Shown: positions 59,079 through 64,000 of the stretch, piece by piece
Position numbering within the stretch: the stretch's first letter is position 1
How the letters are laid out: each line of letters opens with the position of its first letter
Source: an uncultured Hydrogenophaga sp.
GTDB taxonomy: Bacteria > Pseudomonadota > Gammaproteobacteria > Burkholderiales > Burkholderiaceae_C
Length of the DNA: 64,000 nucleotides
NCBI GenBank assembly: GCA_964650505.1
Contig: CAZYUD010000009.1
Location: forward strand, 10,335-74,334
Direction of reading: 5' to 3'
Notes under the pieces: generated by a model
Database searches by the model: none
Seen by the model: only the letters and a program-made list of their open reading frames with translations
What the model was told of the DNA's origin: nothing
Program-made: the position numbers and the translations under genes

Positions 59079-61061
59079 ATGAGCCGAAGCCGGAATCGGA
59101 TGGTGTGTGTGGTGGCAGCGCTGGCGGCCTGGGGCGGAAGCGCCCGGGCACAGGAGGGTGCGGTCGGCATCACGGCGGGCGCGCAGCCGCGCGACGTGGT
59201 GGTGTCGGTGCAAAACGGCGCCAACAACTGCGGCATGCAAATCCGCTTCGGTGACGGCCGGGAAGAGAAAAAGCGCCTCGAAGCCGGCGAAGTCTGGACC
59301 GTCAACCACAGCTACGCCGCCGACGGCAATTTTGGTATCCAGGCCGAAGGTGTGCTGGTGGTGCGCGGCTTGCGCACCGTGGGGCCCTGCAATTTTGGCA
59401 ACCAAGCGCTGTTGGCTGTGGCCGGTGGCAACGCCAGCCTGCAAGTGGCCGCTGCCGCCCCTGCCCCAGCGGCAGGTGGCGCACAGGCCGCTGCGCCTGC
59501 GGCCCCCGCAGCGGCCCAGGGCGCGCACCAAGACATGGTGCTCATGGTGCGCAAAAGCGGCAGCGCCCTGAAGTTTGTCAACACACTCGACGGTGGCAAA
59601 CGGTTGAACAACGCCGATGAGCTGGCGCGCAGCGGCAGCACCTTGTGCATCGTCAAGTTTCCCAACGCGTATGGCAGCTTGCCCGACGCGTCGGTGGACG
59701 TGGTGGCGCGGGCCGAACTGCGGCGCTATTTCCGCGAGCTCACCAACGGCAAAGACGTGAACCTGCGCAACACCGAGTGCATCGTCAACGACGGCGCCAA
59801 CGCCAGCTTCCGGGCCTCGTCCGACCTGGTGCTGGTGCAGCGCCAGGCGCTGCCCATTCTGGCCAACGGCTCGCCGGAATTTGCCCAAGGCTACGAGGCG
59901 CTCAACGAGATCAGCCACACCAGCCTTTTTGCGATGGCCGATCAAATGCGGCAGGCCGAGGCGCGCCGCCAACAAGCTCTGGCCAACCGGGCGCAAGAGC
60001 TCGACGCGCTGGCCCAGGCCAACTCGGCCGACAAAGTGGGCTCCATCGCGTTTGGTGTGCCCCGCGGCTCGGGTGCGGTGGCGTTCTGCACCTTGTCGTA
60101 CGACGGGGATCAGGGTGCGGCCATTCTGGGCTATGCCTACCGGGGCTTTGCCACCCAGAGTGACGCCTTCCGTGCCCAAGCCGAGCGCTCACGCGCCACA
60201 CTCGACAGCAACCGCCCCTACGCCAAGGCTTACACCAGTGTGGAGGCCTTGTACGAAGCCCGGCAGACCCAGCCCGACGAGTGCCTGGTGTATGTGGACT
60301 TCCCCGCCAACCTGAAAAAAATCACCGCAGCCCTGCAGCGTGACGGCAAACCCGCGCCGGTGATCAACGAACTGGTGGCCACCGCCGACCTGCGCGACGA
60401 CTGGGCCAAAAAAACCGGCTACCGCCAATACGCCGAATACCAATCCGCGCGCGACATGAAGGTCAACGCCCAGCAATACAAACAATTGGGTGAATACCGC
60501 ATCACCGACAAAGCGGGCCTCGACACCGTGGTGCGTGAGATGCAAAACAGCCGCTACGCCAGCGGCAGCGATGTGGGCGACGTGCTCAACTTCCTGAAAG
60601 ACAAGGCCGAAGCGGCCGGCAAACCCGGTGCGACCGCCGTCAGCGTGCGCGACGCCCGCCAAAAAGCCGCCCGCCAAGCCGCCGAGGCCAACGCCGCCGC
60701 CGAGCGCCGCCGCCGCGAGGAATACGCCAAGGAATACCCCTACATCGCGGTGCTGACCTGCGGCATGCCCGGGCACATCAACATCATGGCTTGCTTTGCC
60801 GGTGGCAGCCGGGGCGTGGACACCGAACTCAAGCTGCGCAATGGCAGCAGCAGCGCCATGTACAAGGTCTACAACCTGCAGCAAGCCGGCCAAGAGCGCC
60901 GCGACGGCTTCTACATCGACCTGCGCCGCAACTTCGACCTGCGCGCCCAAAACGCCGACGACACCCTGATCCTCAGCCTCAAGATCATCGACCGCGTCAG
61001 CGGCCGTGTGGTGCACGAAGACCAAGCCTCGCGCTTTGAGGTGGTGTCCGCCCGCAAGTGA
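59079..61061 (+). CDS. Secreted hypothetical protein (660 aa) with a Sec signal peptide and no recognised domain
   Basis: MSRSRNRMVCVVAALAAWGGSARAQE is the signal. Low-complexity Ala/Pro linkers are present. An AT-rich upstream region carries CATTGTTTG direct repeats. Confidence 0.6.
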   Translation: MSRSRNRMVCVVAALAAWGGSARAQEGAVGITAGAQPRDVVVSVQNGANNCGMQIRFGDGREEKKRLEAGEVWTVNHSYAADGNFGIQAEGVLVVRGLRTVGPCNFGNQALLAVAGGNASLQVAAAAPAPAAGGAQAAAPAAPAAAQGAHQDMVLMVRKSGSALKFVNTLDGGKRLNNADELARSGSTLCIVKFPNAYGSLPDASVDVVARAELRRYFRELTNGKDVNLRNTECIVNDGANASFRASSDLVLVQRQALPILANGSPEFAQGYEALNEISHTSLFAMADQMRQAEARRQQALANRAQELDALAQANSADKVGSIAFGVPRGSGAVAFCTLSYDGDQGAAILGYAYRGFATQSDAFRAQAERSRATLDSNRPYAKAYTSVEALYEARQTQPDECLVYVDFPANLKKITAALQRDGKPAPVINELVATADLRDDWAKKTGYRQYAEYQSARDMKVNAQQYKQLGEYRITDKAGLDTVVREMQNSRYASGSDVGDVLNFLKDKAEAAGKPGATAVSVRDARQKAARQAAEANAAAERRRREEYAKEYPYIAVLTCGMPGHINIMACFAGGSRGVDTELKLRNGSSSAMYKVYNLQQAGQERRDGFYIDLRRNFDLRAQNADDTLILSLKIIDRVSGRVVHEDQASRFEVVSARK

Positions 61062-61080
61062 CCCCTGCGCTTTGGCGCTA

Positions 61081-61114
61081 TCCTCCGGCCACACCCGTGA
61101 CCGGAGGATTTTTT
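61081..61114 (+). terminator. Rho-independent terminator
   Basis: TCCTCCGG-N12-CCGGAGGA followed by TTTTTT. It sits just after the 59079-61061 gene and ends at the start codon of the next CDS. Confidence 0.75.
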
Positions 61115-61978
61115 ATGCCCGCCCACCGCGACGAATTTCGCCTCTTTCACCGCCTGCGCGTGCGCTGGGCCGAAGTCGATATGCAAAAAATCGTCTTCAA
61201 CGCCCACTACCTGATGTACTTCGACACCGCCATCACCGACTACTGGCGGGCCTTGGCTATGCCCTATGCCGAAGGCATGGAACTGCTGCAAGGCGATCTG
61301 TACGTGGTCAAAGCCACGGTCGAATTCCACGCCTCGGCGCACATGGACGACATGGTCGACGTCGCCCTGCGCTGCGAACACATCGGCAAGTCGTCCATGC
61401 GCTTCAAGGGCGCCATCTTCCGGGGCGAAGACCACCTCATCAGTGCCGAGCTGGTCTATGTGTTTGCCGACCCCGCCACCCAAACGTCTCGCCCGGTGCC
61501 CGATGCCTTGCGCGCCATGCTGCTGGGTTACGAGGCTGGCGAGGCCATGCTCGATGTGCGCGTGGGCACCTGGGCCGATCTGCGCGAGGGCGCCCGCACC
61601 TTACGCGACCAGGTGTTTGTGCAAGAACAGCGCATCCCGCTGAGTGTGGAATGGGACGACGCCGACGACAGCGCGGTACACGCCGTGGCCTTTAACCGCC
61701 TGGGCCAAGCCGTGGCCACCGGCCGCCTGCTGGCGCCCGAACCCGGTGTGGCCAAGATTGGCCGCATGGCGGTGCACCGCTTTTTGCGCGGCAGCGGCGC
61801 CGGCCGCGCGGTGCTGCTGGCCCTGATGCAAGCCTCCCGCGCACGCGGCGACCGCGCCGTGACGCTCAGCGCCCAACGCACCGCCGTGGGCTTTTATGAA
61901 CGCCTGGGCTTTGTGGCCGACGGCGCGCCGTTTATTGAGGCGGGCATACCGCATCAGGCGATGCGCTGTTCCTTGTAA
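61115..61978 (+). CDS. Acyl-CoA thioesterase (YbgC/4HBT hotdog) fused to a GNAT acetyltransferase domain
   Basis: The N-terminal 140 aa (FRLFHRLRVRWAEVDMQKIVFNAHYLMYFD) match a YbgC-type hotdog. The C-terminal ~140 aa (VHAVAFNRLGQAVATGRLL...IGRMAVHRFLRGSGAGRAVL) match a GNAT. Confidence 0.75.
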   Translation: MPAHRDEFRLFHRLRVRWAEVDMQKIVFNAHYLMYFDTAITDYWRALAMPYAEGMELLQGDLYVVKATVEFHASAHMDDMVDVALRCEHIGKSSMRFKGAIFRGEDHLISAELVYVFADPATQTSRPVPDALRAMLLGYEAGEAMLDVRVGTWADLREGARTLRDQVFVQEQRIPLSVEWDDADDSAVHAVAFNRLGQAVATGRLLAPEPGVAKIGRMAVHRFLRGSGAGRAVLLALMQASRARGDRAVTLSAQRTAVGFYERLGFVADGAPFIEAGIPHQAMRCSL

Positions 61979-62787
61979 GCCAGCGAACCCCATACCGGCT
62001 CCACACCGTCCACCCGGTGTGTCCACTCCTGCAACACCAGTTCCCACCCACTGCCACGCCGCTGCACCGCCGCGATGAGCGAGCTGCGGGTGCCGTAGCG
62101 CCGCTCGGGCCAATGCACAAAGGCGCTGGAGAGTTGGTTTTCGGCCTCGGGCGGCAGGCCGGTGTCGGGCCAGATGGGGCTGGTGCCGCGGTTGGCCAGG
62201 GCGTGGGTGAGGTCGGGCGAATCGTGCGGCGTGGGCTGGGCCAACGCCTGTTGCACGGCGGCGGCCAAGTGCTGGCTTTTGGGCCAAGGGGTGTTGAGGC
62301 TGGCGTTGCTGACGTGGCCCAGACCTGGAGCGATGGGCTGGCTGTGCCAGCGCACCGGAGCGTTCGCGCTGTGGCGGCGGTGCGGATCGGCGGGGTCGCG
62401 GTTGCTGCACCAGTGCCAGGGGCCGCCGCGCCAGTCGCCCAGCACCAGGTTAAAGCCGCCGTAGTCGGCGGGGCGCAGCTCGGCTTGCAGCTGCTGCACT
62501 GAGATGTCGCTGGCCAGCCAACGGGTGACGAGTTCGCCCCGGCTGCGCGCGGCCGGCGGCATGTGGGCTTCGCGCACATTGGTGAGGAAGGCCAGGCGTC
62601 CGCCTTCGCCAAAGCCCATCCAGCTGCCACCGTCGCGCGCGTCTTGTCCGGCCCAGAACGGGGTGCCGCCGTGTTCGGTCCAGCGCCGCAGGGGCAGGGT
62701 GGGGCGGTCCCAGGCTTCGTCGCGGTTGGCGGCGATCAGCAGGGGCAGGTCGTCGCGCGCCTGCAGCGCCCAGGCGATCAGGCACAT
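61954..62787 (-). CDS. NRDE-family (DUF833) protein
   Basis: MCLIAWALQARDDLPLLIAANRDE is the hallmark N-terminus. It overlaps the 3' end of the preceding gene on the opposite strand by 25 nt. Confidence 0.8.
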   Translation of the reverse strand: MCLIAWALQARDDLPLLIAANRDEAWDRPTLPLRRWTEHGGTPFWAGQDARDGGSWMGFGEGGRLAFLTNVREAHMPPAARSRGELVTRWLASDISVQQLQAELRPADYGGFNLVLGDWRGGPWHWCSNRDPADPHRRHSANAPVRWHSQPIAPGLGHVSNASLNTPWPKSQHLAAAVQQALAQPTPHDSPDLTHALANRGTSPIWPDTGLPPEAENQLSSAFVHWPERRYGTRSSLIAAVQRRGSGWELVLQEWTHRVDGVEPVWGSLAYKEQRIA

Positions 62788-62805
62788 GGGCGGCTCAGGC
62801 GGTGC

Positions 62806-63732
62806 TCAAATGTCATCGAGCAGGGCATAGGGCAGGGTGCCCAGGCGCAGCGCCGGGCCGCTGGCCGCGCCGGCGTGCAGGCTGCCGCTCTGGGTGCTGG
62901 CGATGGTGAGCGAGGCCAGCGCGTCCCAACCGCCGGTGGGCGCGGGGGCGGCCAGAGCAACCGTGCCGCAGGCTTGTTCGGCGTCGCCGCTGTGAAACAC
63001 CTCTTGGCCAGCGGCCAGCGGCTCGGCGCTGTGCAGCACAAAGGCGCGGCGTTTTAAGGTGCCGCGAAACTGGCTGCGCGCCACCACTTCTTGCCCGGGG
63101 TAGCAGCCTTTTTTGAAGTTGACGCCGCCCACCGATTCGTAATTGAGCATTTGGGGCACAAAGGCGTCGGTGGTGGCGGCCAGCACCGGCGCAATGCCAG
63201 ATTGCACCTCCAGCCAGCGCCAGGTGTCGGCGTTCAGCGCTGCGCCCGCTGGGGCGGCGGTGCCGGCCGGGGCCAGCCACAGTGCCCGGGCCACGCCCGC
63301 GCCGGGATACAGGCGCAGCACCTGCGCGTCGCCTTGGCGCACTTGTTGCCAGGGTTGGGCGGGCAGCTCGGCTGGGATGGCCGCACCGCACAGGCCGTGC
63401 AGCGCGAATTCATCGCTGGCGTCGCTGAGCTTGGCTTTGGCGCGCAGCACAAACATCTGCAGGCGCTTCAAGGTGGCGGGCAACAACTCGCGCTCCAGCA
63501 CCAGCAGCACCTCGTCGTGGCTGCGTTTGCAGCCCACAAAGCTGGCCAGCAGCCGGCCTTTGGCCGAGCAAAAGCCGGCCAGCCGGGCTTCGGACAAGCC
63601 GAGCAGCGAAAAATCCTGCGTCAACTGGCCGTGCAAAAACTTGGCGGCTTCTTCGCCACGGGCGGCGATCACGCCCAAATGGGGCAGGGGGCAAACGCCG
63701 TCAAAGGCCTGGGGGGCGGGGGTCTGGGTCAT
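62806..63732 (-). CDS. ygfZ: Folate-binding tRNA-modification/Fe-S repair protein YgfZ (GcvT-like)
   Basis: The conserved YgfZ C-terminal motif KGCYPGQE is present. It has the aminomethyltransferase-like fold length. Confidence 0.8.
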   Translation of the reverse strand: MTQTPAPQAFDGVCPLPHLGVIAARGEEAAKFLHGQLTQDFSLLGLSEARLAGFCSAKGRLLASFVGCKRSHDEVLLVLERELLPATLKRLQMFVLRAKAKLSDASDEFALHGLCGAAIPAELPAQPWQQVRQGDAQVLRLYPGAGVARALWLAPAGTAAPAGAALNADTWRWLEVQSGIAPVLAATTDAFVPQMLNYESVGGVNFKKGCYPGQEVVARSQFRGTLKRRAFVLHSAEPLAAGQEVFHSGDAEQACGTVALAAPAPTGGWDALASLTIASTQSGSLHAGAASGPALRLGTLPYALLDDI

Positions 63733-63850
63733 GGGCTGAATTATGATGCCCGGTCGCTGTGCGCACCGGGTGTGCGCCGCTGGCAACCCTGATGCGGCGG
63801 GGCTTTTTGGGGCCTTGTTGGTGGTCGTTTGATGTTCTGTGTGGTTCGCT

Positions 63851-64000
63851 CATGCGCTGGTTGATCCGACTGTTTGTGTTGGCGCTGCTGCTGTCTCTGA
63901 TGGCGGCGGTGGCCGCTGGCGTGTGGTGGTGGCGTTGGCCGCAGCAACCGGTGGCTTTGCAGGCGGGCACGGTGGCGTTTGAGGTCAAGCCCGGCGCTTC
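63851..64000 (+). CDS. mltG: Endolytic murein transglycosylase MltG/YceG, 5' fragment that continues beyond the window
   Basis: MRWLIRLFVLALLLSLMAAVAAGVWWWRWPQQP...VAFEVKPGA is an MltG-type N-terminal TM anchor and start of the YceG domain. Confidence 0.6.

Overview
This is a high-GC (~65%) window from a betaproteobacterial (Comamonadaceae-like) chromosome. It is mostly conserved core genes on the + strand. Working from the start of the window: (i) a complete Pho regulon block pstSCAB-phoU-phoBR, with a Pho box and an internal pstS terminator. (ii) An FNR-controlled microaerobic respiration block: usp, ccoI-ccoS, ccoNOQP (including a small ccoQ missing from the ORF track), ccoG, two small membrane ORFs, fnr, hemN and a DsbD_2-like membrane protein, with four FNR/Anr-type boxes. 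(iii) aceA preceded by a ~28% GC palindrome-rich regulatory island. (iv) The universally conserved thrS-infC-rpmI-rplT-pheS-pheT-ihfA-merR cluster followed by tRNA-Pro(GGG). (v) Immediately after the tRNA, a tightly coupled six-gene minus-strand operon (29949-37348) with no enzymes. It is built around a YdjI/COG4260 SPFH-like protein and also encodes a bactofilin-like beta-helix protein, a tandem-repeat coiled-coil protein, two transmembrane proteins and a zinc-ribbon/lipoyl-like/TM/TPR protein. I consider this the best candidate for an undescribed membrane-associated system. (vi) A fatty-acid/acyl-CoA catabolic block (fadB-like, thiolase, ACAD, SDRs, PaaI thioesterase, MDR oxidoreductase, aidB-like ACAD, GNAT). 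It is punctuated by four copies of a ~75-95 bp structured intergenic repeat placed just after stop codons. It also contains a 126-bp in-frame MITE-like palindromic insertion inside the aidB-like gene, and a C8 homopolymer that fuses an SDR to the next gene. (vii) Miscellaneous genes: a COG3910-like ATPase, SDR, DUF72, a prepilin-peptidase-like membrane protein, tex, patatin, Fe-ADH, esterase, a 660-aa secreted orphan, a thioesterase-GNAT fusion, NRDE, ygfZ and the start of mltG. Many long minus-strand ORFs in the track are antisense artefacts of high GC. No CRISPR, rRNA or classical IS/transposase was seen.
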